Shown: one piece after another, positions 16,066 to 25,441 of the stretch
Layout of the letters: every line of letters begins with the position of its first letter
Numbering within the stretch: position 1 is the stretch's first letter
Origin: Acidimicrobiales bacterium
GTDB taxonomy: Bacteria > Actinomycetota > Acidimicrobiia > Acidimicrobiales > Bin134
Reading direction: 5' to 3'
NCBI GenBank assembly: GCA_965115985.1
Contig: OZ220474.1
Span: 2,396,909 to 2,460,908, forward strand
DNA: 64,000 nucleotides
The notes under the pieces: generated by a model
The model's database searches: none
Told to the model about the DNA's origin: nothing
The model's input: the letters and a program-made list of their open reading frames with translations, nothing else
Program-made: the position numbers and the translations under genes

Positions 16066-19000
16066 TGTTTGTCCGGTTCCTCTTCCGGTTCTTCTTCCGA
16101 GTCATCGGGTGGTTCGGCCAGATGGCGGTAGCCGGCCAGCTCGTCTCGTTCCTGCATGGTCTCCCACTCCCGGCGGCGGTCCTGGGTGCCGAGCCGGTCG
16201 GCGTTGCAGTAGTCGCAACGCTGGCTGTACTGCCCTTCCGTACGATCGGGTTGGGGTCGGTCGCAGAACACCCCGGCCTCGATGCCCTCGGTGATGGCGT
16301 CCACCACCGTGCGGAAACGATCCATCGCTCCGTCGTCCAGCGGGTAGCCGAAGGTATGGAACCCCCCGTCCTCGGTGACGAACCAATACTGGGTGGTGAC
16401 CGGGGCATCGGGGTTCTCGGTGAGTGCCCGGGCGGCCAACCCGTAAACCGGAAGCTGGAGCCGGGTTCCCCGTTGGACGGGGTCCCCGTTCTGGCTGCGG
16501 GCATCCAGGTCCCGGTAGCCATCGGCCTTGCCGGTCTTGTAGTCGGTGACCAGCAGTTTGTCGCCCCGGCCCTGATCGACCCGATCGGCCCGGCCCCTGA
16601 ACCGAACCTGCCGACCGCGGGGAAGCTCCACGGTTACCGCCTCCAAATCGTCGTCGGGCGCTCCGAACCCCAACTCGCCGGCGATGGTGGTGACGCCCGT
16701 CCGGCGACGCTGCTCGTAGTCCTCCATCAAAAAGCGGCGCAGATCGAACAGAATCCGGCTTCGGTCGTAGCCCCAGAACACCGGCGAGCCGGTCAGCCCC
16801 CGGGCCTCGGCCTCCTCGCACTGCTGCGTCCCGATGGCGACGAGCCGGTCCTGCTGCTCCCCGCTCCAGCGTTGGCCCGGTGGCGGAACCCGGCTGGCTT
16901 CCAGTTGCTCGCACAGGAACAGTTCGAGGATCCGATGAATCAGCGAGCCCTTCTCCGAGGCCGAGATCTCCGACAGTTCCTCGGGTTGATCCGCGGCCTG
17001 CACCCGCAGGACGTGCCGGAACAGGTAGCGCATCGGACAATCGGCCCACATCTCCAGGCTGGTGGGCGATACTGCGTCCCCGATCAGTCCGGCGGTGTCG
17101 AGGCCGGCCAGGTTGCCGTCGAAGCGGGTGAACCGATCCGAGGCCCGGGCGGCCATCATCTCGGCTCCCCGGGCCAGGATCGGATCATCGTCCGGCACCT
17201 GGTATCCCCTCTGGTTCGTGCGGGCGACGGGGTCGGGGCTTAGGGGTGGCTGCTCGGCCTGATTCGTATGGGCGACAAGGTCGGGGTCTTCGTGTGGCTG
17301 TCCGGCCTGGTTCGTGCGGGCGACGGGGTCGGGGCTCAAGGGTTGTTGGCGTGGGGGCCGTCCGGCCTGGTTCGCATGGGCAATGGCCTGCAACCGGAAC
17401 TCCTGGGCGGTGGCGGGGAAATCGGCGTGAAGCACCCTCCCCGAGAACGAAGGGACGTGCTCGAACCATTCGGGGGTCCGGTCGCCGGCCAGGCTCTCCA
17501 GGTTGGTGCTGTCCACCGGTTGTCCGGCCAGGGCGGTGGCGGTGTCCAGGAGCCAGCGGGACGGGTACTGTTCACAGGCCTCTCGCGAATTGCTTCGGGC
17601 GTAGATCAGGGTGCTGATCTCGGTTGAAGCCAGCACGACCAGAAAGTGGCGGTGCTGTTCGTCCAATCGGTCGGAGATCAGGGTCAGGTCGCCGCCGGTG
17701 GCCCGGCGTTCCCGGTCGGGAAGCAGGGGGTTGTCGGCGGGACTGTGGGGGAACGTTCCCTCGGCCATGCCGATGAGGATCGCCCGGCGCAGCTCCATTC
17801 CCGTGGAGGCACCGATCAGCTCGGTCAGCACCCCGTGACCTACCCGGCCGGTGCGCTTGGTGGGGGTGGCCAGCTCCGAGGTCAAGGCGTGGCGGAAGGC
17901 AGTCGGCCGGGGAGATGCCTCGATCCGGTCCAGGTTGGCCAGGCCATCGAGGACGTTTTGGATCTGATCGGCCGCATGCTGCTCGGACTCGGGCCAGGCG
18001 GCCACGGCGCTGTCGTCGGCCAGGTACTTGCCGATCAGGTCCTTGATCCACTGGCACCACGCTTCCCAGGTGGTCGGTTCGGGATCGGGGGACAGGTCGT
18101 CGATGAGTTCGGCCATGAACCGGGCGAGGGAGTCGGTGTGGTCGGCTTCTCGCCGGTGCCACTCGGCCCATCTCTCGGTCTGGTCGGGATCGTCTTGCTC
18201 TCGTTCCCCGGCTTCCCGCAGCTCCTGGGCATAGCCCCCGAGCCGGGCCCTCCACTGCTCGGTGCCCCGAACCACTCCTGCTCGGCGGGCCACTCGCTCC
18301 CAGGCCACCACCGGGATGCCCACAGGTCGGGTCTGTCCGGTGGTCTCGGTCGAAGCCATCGGGGAGGGGGCCGCCACCGACAGCAGGTCGAACACCTCGT
18401 CGCGACGGAAGTCGCGGTTGTGCAGATTGAGCAGGGCCAGCACTCCCCGTCCCACCAGCGATTCGGCCAGTGTGCGTCCGCTGGGGCCGTTGAACGGGAT
18501 GCCGGCTGCGGTTAGGTGATCCTGCAAATGGCGGATGGTGGACATGCCGCTGCCACTGAGGACGGCGATTCGATCCAAGGGAATGCCTTCTTGGGTTGCG
18601 TTGACCACCTCACGAACCGCCACCCGTACTTCCTCGTCGGCACCGGCGGTGCTGATGATTCGTTGTCCGTGGGCAGGGCTGATGCCCGCGTCGACTTCCT
18701 CGTCGGCACCGGCGGTGCTGATGATTCGTTGTCCGTGGGCAGGGCTGATGCCCGCGTCGGCTTCCTCGTCGGCACCGGCGGTGCTGATGATTCGTTGTCC
18801 GTGGGCAGGGCTGATGCCCGCGTCGGCTTGAGGTTCTTCCCCCATGCGGCCGATCGACTCCCGCACGGCGGCGTCGGCCTTGTGGTTTCCGGTGAGTCCG
18901 GCAACCACCGCGACCGTTGTTCTGCGGGCCAGGGCACCGATCATGCGCCCCTGGGACCGGGTGACCCGTTGGGGGAGGTGGATTATCACCGGGCCGAGTT

Positions 19001-19577
19001 CTTCGAGGACGTCGTCGATCGGTTCTGATTCGATCGGTTCTGATTCCAGCGCGGCGATGGCCAGGTGGTTGAGATCCTGGCCGTCGCACCAGCGACCCTT
19101 CAGTCTGTCCCTCACCTGGCGGTGGACGCGGACCACCTCGGCGGCTCGTCGGCTCTGCGAGGCCAGCATGTCCAGTTCCTGGTCGGTCAGGTCGCGAAGG
19201 TCGCGGTAGGCCTGCACCAGGGCCTGCTCGGTGGCGGGATGGCGGGCCGAGGCCCCGAACAGGCCGGGGTCGGTCTCCAGCACGTTTCTCACGGTCGCGC
19301 CGATCACCGGTCCGGGGAGCGGCCTGCGCCCATCCTCTCCACCCACCCGAGAACCGGCCAGCCGCTCGGCCAGGTCGAACAGCTTGAGGAAGTTCACCGC
19401 GGCAATTCCCCGCTTCTTGGCCCCGATGACTCGCCGGATGGCCACACCGGCCATGTTGGTGGGCACAACCACGGTGACTGCTCGAAAGGGGTCGTCGTTC
19501 TTGTATTCGCGTACCAGCGTTTCGAGTTGCTCGCAAGCAGGTCTACCGTACGATGTGTATTCGATTCGTAAGGCCAT
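16062..19577 (-). CDS. AdnA/AddB-like helicase-nuclease subunit (degenerate motor, PD-(D/E)XK nuclease with Cys cluster)
   Basis: No GxxGK[ST] was seen by eye. The C-terminal part has LLVTDYKTGK plus WADCP...C-x16-CDYC cysteines. 1171 aa. Confidence 0.75.
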   Translation of the reverse strand: MALRIEYTSYGRPACEQLETLVREYKNDDPFRAVTVVVPTNMAGVAIRRVIGAKKRGIAAVNFLKLFDLAERLAGSRVGGEDGRRPLPGPVIGATVRNVLETDPGLFGASARHPATEQALVQAYRDLRDLTDQELDMLASQSRRAAEVVRVHRQVRDRLKGRWCDGQDLNHLAIAALESEPIESEPIDDVLEELGPVIIHLPQRVTRSQGRMIGALARRTTVAVVAGLTGNHKADAAVRESIGRMGEEPQADAGISPAHGQRIISTAGADEEADAGISPAHGQRIISTAGADEEVDAGISPAHGQRIISTAGADEEVRVAVREVVNATQEGIPLDRIAVLSGSGMSTIRHLQDHLTAAGIPFNGPSGRTLAESLVGRGVLALLNLHNRDFRRDEVFDLLSVAAPSPMASTETTGQTRPVGIPVVAWERVARRAGVVRGTEQWRARLGGYAQELREAGEREQDDPDQTERWAEWHRREADHTDSLARFMAELIDDLSPDPEPTTWEAWCQWIKDLIGKYLADDSAVAAWPESEQHAADQIQNVLDGLANLDRIEASPRPTAFRHALTSELATPTKRTGRVGHGVLTELIGASTGMELRRAILIGMAEGTFPHSPADNPLLPDRERRATGGDLTLISDRLDEQHRHFLVVLASTEISTLIYARSNSREACEQYPSRWLLDTATALAGQPVDSTNLESLAGDRTPEWFEHVPSFSGRVLHADFPATAQEFRLQAIAHANQAGRPPRQQPLSPDPVARTNQAGQPHEDPDLVAHTNQAEQPPLSPDPVARTNQRGYQVPDDDPILARGAEMMAARASDRFTRFDGNLAGLDTAGLIGDAVSPTSLEMWADCPMRYLFRHVLRVQAADQPEELSEISASEKGSLIHRILELFLCEQLEASRVPPPGQRWSGEQQDRLVAIGTQQCEEAEARGLTGSPVFWGYDRSRILFDLRRFLMEDYEQRRRTGVTTIAGELGFGAPDDDLEAVTVELPRGRQVRFRGRADRVDQGRGDKLLVTDYKTGKADGYRDLDARSQNGDPVQRGTRLQLPVYGLAARALTENPDAPVTTQYWFVTEDGGFHTFGYPLDDGAMDRFRTVVDAITEGIEAGVFCDRPQPDRTEGQYSQRCDYCNADRLGTQDRRREWETMQERDELAGYRHLAEPPDDSEEEPEEEPDKQ
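17211..17375. repeat. Degenerate in-frame 48-60-bp repeats inside the AdnA-like gene
   Basis: ctggttcgtgcgggcgacggggtcgggg... recurs three to four times. The protein has repeated NQAG.PP...SPDPVARTNQ. Confidence 0.7.
18629..18826. repeat. 66-bp in-frame tandem repeat x3 inside the AdnA-like gene
   Basis: Copies at 18629, 18695 and 18761 are nearly identical and encode DAGISPAHGQRIISTAGADEE(A/V) x3. Confidence 0.95.
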
Positions 19578-19663
19578 ACCCCCAAGTGTAGGTAAGGCAG
19601 TGACAGTTCCTATATGGCATCCGTATGGCTCCTGTGCGGCCTCAACAAGTGGGCAGGGGTGGG

Positions 19664-20863
19664 TCAGAAGTGGGTGAGTTGGGTGTGGGCCAGGCGGCCC
19701 ATGGCGGGGGCCATGAGGGCTTGTTCTCGGAGTGCGTTTCGGGCCAGGTAGTGGGCGAGTTGGGCGTCGTCGGTGAGGTCGAGGTGATGTCGGTCGGCCT
19801 GGTCCTGTTCGGCCAGTGTCGGGCCGATGCGGTCGACCATGTCGAGGTAGCGAACCAGGCGGGCGATTGATTTGGCCCGGACTGCGGCGTACCCGTCCAG
19901 GGCGGGGGTGATGACCGTGCGCAGGTCGTCCAGAACGGCGGCGTAGATGTCGCTCACCTCGGTGTCGGGGGGTTCGGGCAGCTCCGGGGGTTCCACCACC
20001 ACCCCCAGGGCCCGGCAGACCAGCTCGGCGGTCACTCGCCGATGGAGAACGGCGAACAGCTTGCCCATGCCCGGGTCGCCACCGGCGGTACCCGGAACCC
20101 CCAACCCGACCAGGTTGCGCACCTGGCAGGCCAGTTGCCAGTACCGCACCCGCTCGACGTCCACCGGGCCGTCGTACCAGCCGAACGCGGTATCGACGTC
20201 CACGAACGGGGTGAGCATGGCCCGTACCGTTATCCAGGCCAGATCCTCCATGGGGTCACCGACGTGGGCCAGTTCCCAGTCGCACAGTCCGGTCACCCGC
20301 CGGCCGTCGTGCATCACGTTGCCCGGCCCCAGATCACCATGAACCAGCACCGCCCGCTCGGGCGGCCCGGGCGCAGCCTCGGCCAGGTGGCGCAGACCGA
20401 GGTCGATCAGTGGATCGGCCTCGGGGCAGTGTTCGTCGTAGATGCGAGTCCACCGGGCCAGGTCGTCGACCTCCAGGTGATCGGGCGGTTCCAGAGCATG
20501 GAGGGCGTTCACCTGACCCATGAAGTCCTGGGCCACCTCCGCCTCGTCCAGCGGCCCCGGAGCGCCCTCGAGGAACTCCAGCAGCAGGACTCGTCCATCG
20601 GGGTCGGCACCGTAGGATGCGGCCGCCCTCACGGGGGTGTCGGCCAGCCAGTCGTACACCCGGGCCTCGCGGGCCAGGTCGTATCCCACGATGGTCAGCG
20701 GAGACGTTCCGTTGTCCATTCTCAAAAAACGGCGCTGGCCGTCCAGCAAGCCCACCACCCACGCCTGGCGGGACGCCCCTCCCGGTATCCGCACCGCCTC
20801 GACGACCGACTGCCCGCAGCGATGCTCGATCCAGTCGATCAGCTCCCGGTCGAGGTTGTTCAT
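19664..20863 (-). CDS. Phosphotransferase-family kinase (APH/choline-kinase fold)
   Basis: LVHGDLGPGNVM catalytic loop and DWE motif. ATG 20863 (MNNLDRELIDWIEHRCG) is the only repeat-borne start followed by the gene body. Confidence 0.8.
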   Translation of the reverse strand: MNNLDRELIDWIEHRCGQSVVEAVRIPGGASRQAWVVGLLDGQRRFLRMDNGTSPLTIVGYDLAREARVYDWLADTPVRAAASYGADPDGRVLLLEFLEGAPGPLDEAEVAQDFMGQVNALHALEPPDHLEVDDLARWTRIYDEHCPEADPLIDLGLRHLAEAAPGPPERAVLVHGDLGPGNVMHDGRRVTGLCDWELAHVGDPMEDLAWITVRAMLTPFVDVDTAFGWYDGPVDVERVRYWQLACQVRNLVGLGVPGTAGGDPGMGKLFAVLHRRVTAELVCRALGVVVEPPELPEPPDTEVSDIYAAVLDDLRTVITPALDGYAAVRAKSIARLVRYLDMVDRIGPTLAEQDQADRHHLDLTDDAQLAHYLARNALREQALMAPAMGRLAHTQLTHF

Positions 20864-21117
20864 CGGGTGGATCCCGCCTGGCGTCCCCCACCGATCCAGT
20901 CGATCAGCTCCCGGTCGAGGTTGTTCATCGGGTGGATCCCGCCTGGCGTCCCCCACCGATCCAGTCGATCAGCTCCCGGTCGAGGTTGTTCATCGGGTGG
21001 ATCCCGCCTGGCGTCCCCCACCGATCCAGTCGATCAGCTCCCGGTCGAGGTTGTTCATCGGGTGGATCCCGCCTGGCGTCCCCCACCGATCCAGTCGATC
21101 AGCTCCCGGTCGAGCAT
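20827..21117. repeat. 65-bp tandem repeat x4.4 containing the kinase start codon and first 12 codons
   Basis: cgatccagtcgatcagctcccggtcgaggttgttcatcgggtgg... occurs at 20827, 20892, 20957, 21022 and 21087 (partial variant). Confidence 0.95.
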
Positions 21118-21501
21118 TGGGTCAGTCCGGCTCTTCGCGTTTATGCGGGGAGGGGGGTGTTTTAGGGGTATCCATGTTTTGGGTGGGGGCCTCGCCGATT
21201 CTTGTGCTCGCCGGTTCTTGTGACTGTCACGTAGTCGAGGAGTCGGGAGGCCCTTGGTGGTCGAGGATAGTTGTTTGTCGGGTTCGCCGGGGATGCCTCG
21301 TTGGCCGTCGATCCGTTCCACATCGTGCGCCTCGGGGTTCGAGCCCTCGACGAGGGCCGCCGACACACCCCCAACGAGATCACCGGTTGTAGGGGCAGAA
21401 AACCGGACCCGGCTCCACCGAGCAAGGAAACTGCTGGTAACAGCAGCCAATCGCTACCGGCCAACAACCATGCCAAACCAATATTCCGGCCCCCAAACGA
21501 C

Positions 21502-21533
21502 CGGTGCCCCGGACCGGAAGGTCCGGGGCACCG
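21502..21533 (-). terminator. Strong hairpin downstream of the LPXTG gene
   Basis: cggtgccccggacc-ggaa-ggtccggggcaccg forms a perfect 14-bp stem. On the minus strand it is followed by gtcgttt. Confidence 0.5.
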
Positions 21534-21557
21534 AGTATTCAGTTCAGGAAAATAACG

Positions 21558-22082
21558 CTACAGGGTGCGTAGTCTTCGGCTGAGGCCGAGCACCATCAGG
21601 CCGGCAAGCAACACCGACACAGCGATGACGGCGATCAGCGGAGCGTTGGAACCGGTATTGGGCAACATGTCCATGTCATCCATGTCACCGCCGATCATTA
21701 CCGAAGCACTGGCGCTTTCCCCATCCGGCACCAATTGGAACAGCAAGAAGGTCACGCCGTCTTCGCCGACCTCCACGTCTTCGATTGTGTCGGAGTAGGT
21801 GCCGCCTTCCAAGCTCACAGGCACCCCAAGACCTCCGCAATACTGCGTCAATCCCGCCATGTCGGTAATGAGAGACGTATCGCCGGTGTTGCACACCGCA
21901 AGGTTCACACTGGAAACGGTGAAACCCGATGCGCTTATCGTGAAGTCGTAGGTGCCGGCTTCCGGTACCGAAGCGGGATCGACCGTCATGGTTTGGCCGT
22001 CCTGGGCCGAGGCGGAGCCGGCGAACAAGAAGCCGGCCAACGCCACCGCCAAGGCAACGAAAATCAATTTGTGTTTGGTCAT
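21558..22082 (-). CDS. Sortase-anchored surface protein (signal peptide + LPNTG + TM + basic tail)
   Basis: MTKHKLIFVALAVALAGFLFAGSASA signal. The C-terminus is LPNTGSNAPLIAVIAVSVLLAGLMVLGLSRRLRTL. An AAGGAG site lies 8 nt upstream of ATG 22082. Confidence 0.85.
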   Translation of the reverse strand: MTKHKLIFVALAVALAGFLFAGSASAQDGQTMTVDPASVPEAGTYDFTISASGFTVSSVNLAVCNTGDTSLITDMAGLTQYCGGLGVPVSLEGGTYSDTIEDVEVGEDGVTFLLFQLVPDGESASASVMIGGDMDDMDMLPNTGSNAPLIAVIAVSVLLAGLMVLGLSRRLRTL

Positions 22083-22248
22083 GATTGTATCTCCTTCGAG
22101 CAAGCCTCCGGTCGGCTCGCTCCTTGCCTACCTTGCCATACCGCCGGGCGTTTTTCCACCCCGACCACAAGAATCAGAACCCACGAACCCTCGCCCAAAC
22201 GCGAAGAGCCATCAGTCCCGCCCGATGTCCCCAGCGTTCAGGCCGGGC

Positions 22249-23187
22249 TCAGCCTGCTGGTTCGGAACGGGTCCCGGAAATCAGTTCCCTCGCCGGAGCG
22301 TCGGCCCGCAGCTTGCCCGCCGCATCTCGCTCGAGCACGTGGTCGGTGCCCTCGGGGCAATGGGCGACGAAGGGGCACCAACCGCACAGGGGGCCCACGG
22401 TGGCCGAGAACTCCTGCGAGATGCAGCTATCCAGGATCGCCAACCATGTGGCTCGCAGCTCCGTGGTGGCCTCGTCCAGGTTCTCGTCGGTGATCTCGAC
22501 CTCGACCACCTTCTGCCCCAGGTAGAGCAATTGGGCCTTCACCGGCTTGCTGCCCTCCGCCTCGGTCAATGCCGCCGCGTAAAGCAGCATCTGGGTGACG
22601 TAGTTGGACGAAAACCGCTCGGAGGGGGCTTTGCCCGATTTGTAGTCGGTAACCACCAGGCCCTCGTCGGTTTCGTCGACCCGGTCGATGATGCCCCGGA
22701 ACGGCACCTTGTTTACCTCCACCCGAACGTCCTGCTCGGTGGCTGCGACCCTCACCTCGCGGGGATCCTCCAATTCCCAGAGGCCTTCGATGGCCTTCCA
22801 ACCGTTGATGCGGAAGTCCAGTCCGCCCCGCTCGTCCAACTCCAGTCCCTGGTAATCGGAGCTGGCCTCCATGGTGGGCCAGAGCTCACGAGCCAGCTTC
22901 TTGGCCCGTTCCACCGTGCGGTTCTCCACCGGTTCCTGCATCAACCTCTCCAGCACCATGTGGGCGAAGGTGCCGGTGACCGCGGCCTCGCCGGGAGGAT
23001 CGGGCAGGCGATCCACGTAGCGGAACTTCCACCGTCGGGCACACTCCCGGAACGAGGATGCGCTGGACGGCGAAAGATATTTGGGCGTGTAGCGCTCGGG
23101 AATCTCCAACAGGACCTCCGATGGGGTTTCCCGCGATTCTTCGTCGGTGGCCTCGGCGGCTGGTGCTGCTGGTTTGGTGATGGTCAT
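22249..23187 (-). CDS. PD-(D/E)XK nuclease, RecB/Cas4-like with 4-Cys cluster
   Basis: IIDRVDE...VVTDYKSGK, QMLLYA, N-terminal C (FRECARRW) and C-terminal CGWCPFVAHC. Confidence 0.8.
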   Translation of the reverse strand: MTITKPAAPAAEATDEESRETPSEVLLEIPERYTPKYLSPSSASSFRECARRWKFRYVDRLPDPPGEAAVTGTFAHMVLERLMQEPVENRTVERAKKLARELWPTMEASSDYQGLELDERGGLDFRINGWKAIEGLWELEDPREVRVAATEQDVRVEVNKVPFRGIIDRVDETDEGLVVTDYKSGKAPSERFSSNYVTQMLLYAAALTEAEGSKPVKAQLLYLGQKVVEVEITDENLDEATTELRATWLAILDSCISQEFSATVGPLCGWCPFVAHCPEGTDHVLERDAAGKLRADAPARELISGTRSEPAG

Positions 23188-23209
23188 GTGGATTATCCCC
23201 TTGTGAAGG

Positions 23210-25441
23210 TCAGAAATCGAGGGCGTCGCGGTCGACCAGGTTGCTGTGGGCCACCAGGAAGTCCTTGCGGCGGCCCACGTCGGACCCCATCAGGGTCTCG
23301 AACATCTCGTCGGCGGCGGTGCCGTCGTCCAGGGTGAGCCGGCGCAGGGTGCGGGTGGTCGGGTCGAGGGCGCACTCGGCCAACTCGTCGGTGTCCATCT
23401 CTCCCAGCCCCTTGAACCGGGACCAACGAATGTTCTCGGCCTTGCGGTTGCCCCGGGCCAGCTCGGCGGTTTTTTGGTCCCGCTCGGCATCGGACCACGC
23501 CCGATGGGTTCGGTCGCCCACTTTGGCGGTGTACAGCGGGGGCTGGGCGGCGAACACCCGGCCCGCCTCCAGCATCGGACGCATGAACCGGTGGATGAGG
23601 GTGAGCAGCAGGCAGCGGATGTGACTGCCGTCCACATCGGCGTCGCACAGGATGATGATGCGCCCGTACCGGGCCTTGGCCAAGTCGAAGCCGTCGCCCG
23701 AACCGGCCCCCATGGCGGTGAACAGGGCCTGGGCCTCGGCATTGTCCAGCACCTGCTTCACCGACGACTTGGCTGCGTTCACCACCTTGCCCCGCAGCGG
23801 GAGGATGGCCATGTTCTCGGCGTTGCGCCCGGCCTTGGCCGGCCCGGCGGCCGAGTCGCCCTCCACCAGGATCAACTCGGAATCCGGGCCGTGGACCCGG
23901 CAGTCGGCCAGCTTGTCGGGCATCCCGGTGGAGCCCAACGACGCGGCCCGTCGTCGGTTCTCCAGGGTCTGACGGGCCGACACCCGGGTCACCACCGCGT
24001 CGACGATCTTGGACTGCAAGGCGGTCACATGGCTCTTGGGACCGGTTTGGAACCAGCTCTCCAACCCGTCCTTGAGCACGTTGTAGACGATGGACTGCAC
24101 CGGTGGGGTGCCCAGCTCCTGTTTGGTCTGGCCCCGGAATTGCGGTTCGGGCAGGGTGACCTTGATCGCGGCCACCAGGCCCTCCTGCACGTCCTCCCGC
24201 TGGGCCCGGTCGTGGCCCTGCTTGGCCAGGCGGGCCAGCTTCTTGGAGTCGGCCAGCAGGCTGTCGTTGATGGCCCGGGTCAGGGCCCTCTCGAAGCCGG
24301 TCAGGTGGGTGCCGCCGTGGGGGGTGGGGATGGTGTTGACGAACGTGGCCACCCGGGTGTCGTAGTCCTTCACCCAGCGCATGGCGATGTCCACCTGGCA
24401 CCGGCGCTCCACCATGGTCATGGCTCCGTCCACCGGGACCTTCTCCTCGAAGGCCCCCTCCCCGGGAATGGAGACGATCTCGGTCACGGTCTCCGACGTC
24501 GACAGGTGGCCCACCAGGTCGGCCAGCCCGCCGTGGGAGATCAGATCGACCGGCTCGTTGTCGTGGCCCCGTCGCTTGTCCTCCAGCGTGATCCGCAATC
24601 CGGGTACCAAAAAGCAGGCCTGTTGGGCTCGCTCCCTGATGGATTCGTAGTCCACCGTTGCATCGGGGTCGAACATGTCCAGGTCGGGCCAGAAGCGGAT
24701 ACGGGTGCCGGTTCTGCGGGTGGTGCGGGCCTTGCGGAGCTTGTGGCCCCCGACGAAGCGGTCCCCGACGAACTGGCCCGCCTTCTGGCCGGAGAACCAG
24801 AGTTGCCAGGTGGCCCCGTCCCGGTCCACCTCGGCCCTGAGCCGGGTGGACAGGGCATTGACCACCGAGGCCCCCACACCGTGCAGCCCGCCGGAGGCAC
24901 TGTAGACCCCGCCCCCGAACTTGCCGCCGGAGTGCAGCTCGGTGAGCACCACCTCCAGGGCCGACACCTTCTTGGTGGGGTGCGGATCGATCGGGATGCC
25001 CCGACCGTTGTCGCCCACCTCGATCGAACCGTCGGCATGGAGGGTCACGTCGATACGGGTGGCGAATCCGGCCCCGGCCTCGTCCACCCCGTTGTCGATC
25101 AGCTCCCACACCAGATGCATGAGGCCGTCACCGCCGGTGCTCCCGATGTACATCCCCGGGCGTTTGCGAACCGCTTCCAGCCCCTCCAGGGTGACGATGT
25201 CGGCGGCGTCGTAGCGGACGCGGCCTTTGGCTTTGCCTTTGCCGCGGCCGTTGCCCTTGCTATTGCCGCGGCCGTTGCTCTTGTCGTTGCCGCCGCCGTT
25301 GCTCTTGTCGTTGCCGCGGCCGTTGCTCTTGCCTTTGTCGTTGCCGTTGCCATTGCCATTGCCATTGTCGGCCTGCGCCGCGGTGAGGAGGTTGACGTCT
25401 CGGCTCGGGGCGGGGGAAGCGGAGTCGGTTCGGGTCACCAT
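23210..25441 (-). CDS. Type IIA topoisomerase ATPase subunit (GyrB/ParE/TopoM-like) with G/N/K-rich N-terminal extension
   Basis: GHKL ATPase, TOPRIM (EGDSAAG) and PLRGK motifs. ATG 25441 overlaps the stop of the A subunit (ATGgTGA). Confidence 0.9.
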   Translation of the reverse strand: MVTRTDSASPAPSRDVNLLTAAQADNGNGNGNGNDKGKSNGRGNDKSNGGGNDKSNGRGNSKGNGRGKGKAKGRVRYDAADIVTLEGLEAVRKRPGMYIGSTGGDGLMHLVWELIDNGVDEAGAGFATRIDVTLHADGSIEVGDNGRGIPIDPHPTKKVSALEVVLTELHSGGKFGGGVYSASGGLHGVGASVVNALSTRLRAEVDRDGATWQLWFSGQKAGQFVGDRFVGGHKLRKARTTRRTGTRIRFWPDLDMFDPDATVDYESIRERAQQACFLVPGLRITLEDKRRGHDNEPVDLISHGGLADLVGHLSTSETVTEIVSIPGEGAFEEKVPVDGAMTMVERRCQVDIAMRWVKDYDTRVATFVNTIPTPHGGTHLTGFERALTRAINDSLLADSKKLARLAKQGHDRAQREDVQEGLVAAIKVTLPEPQFRGQTKQELGTPPVQSIVYNVLKDGLESWFQTGPKSHVTALQSKIVDAVVTRVSARQTLENRRRAASLGSTGMPDKLADCRVHGPDSELILVEGDSAAGPAKAGRNAENMAILPLRGKVVNAAKSSVKQVLDNAEAQALFTAMGAGSGDGFDLAKARYGRIIILCDADVDGSHIRCLLLTLIHRFMRPMLEAGRVFAAQPPLYTAKVGDRTHRAWSDAERDQKTAELARGNRKAENIRWSRFKGLGEMDTDELAECALDPTTRTLRRLTLDDGTAADEMFETLMGSDVGRRKDFLVAHSNLVDRDALDF
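25215..25372. repeat. In-frame low-complexity 24-27-bp repeats (GNDKSNGRG-type)
   Basis: gccgcggccgttgctcttgtcgtt variants are repeated about six times in the 5' end of the B-subunit gene. Confidence 0.8.

Noticed and set aside
13850-16522. 890-aa minus-strand ORF in an alternative frame of the helicase genes, and similar long ORFs at 23193..25109, 23246..25474, 25471..27840, 26522..28033, 30330..32075, 58610..60364 and 62542..63705
   Set aside because: All overlap genes with strong motif support in another frame or strand, and all read as Arg/Pro/Gly-rich nonsense. In the RCC1 arrays the alternative frames stay open only because the DNA is repetitive.
21230-21470. RNase P RNA or tmRNA gene
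   Set aside because: Short matches to conserved RNase P segments are present, but the universally conserved GAGGAAAGUCC and the ACAGAAxCCGGCUUA elements are absent. No tmRNA tag reading frame or CCA-ended acceptor could be built.
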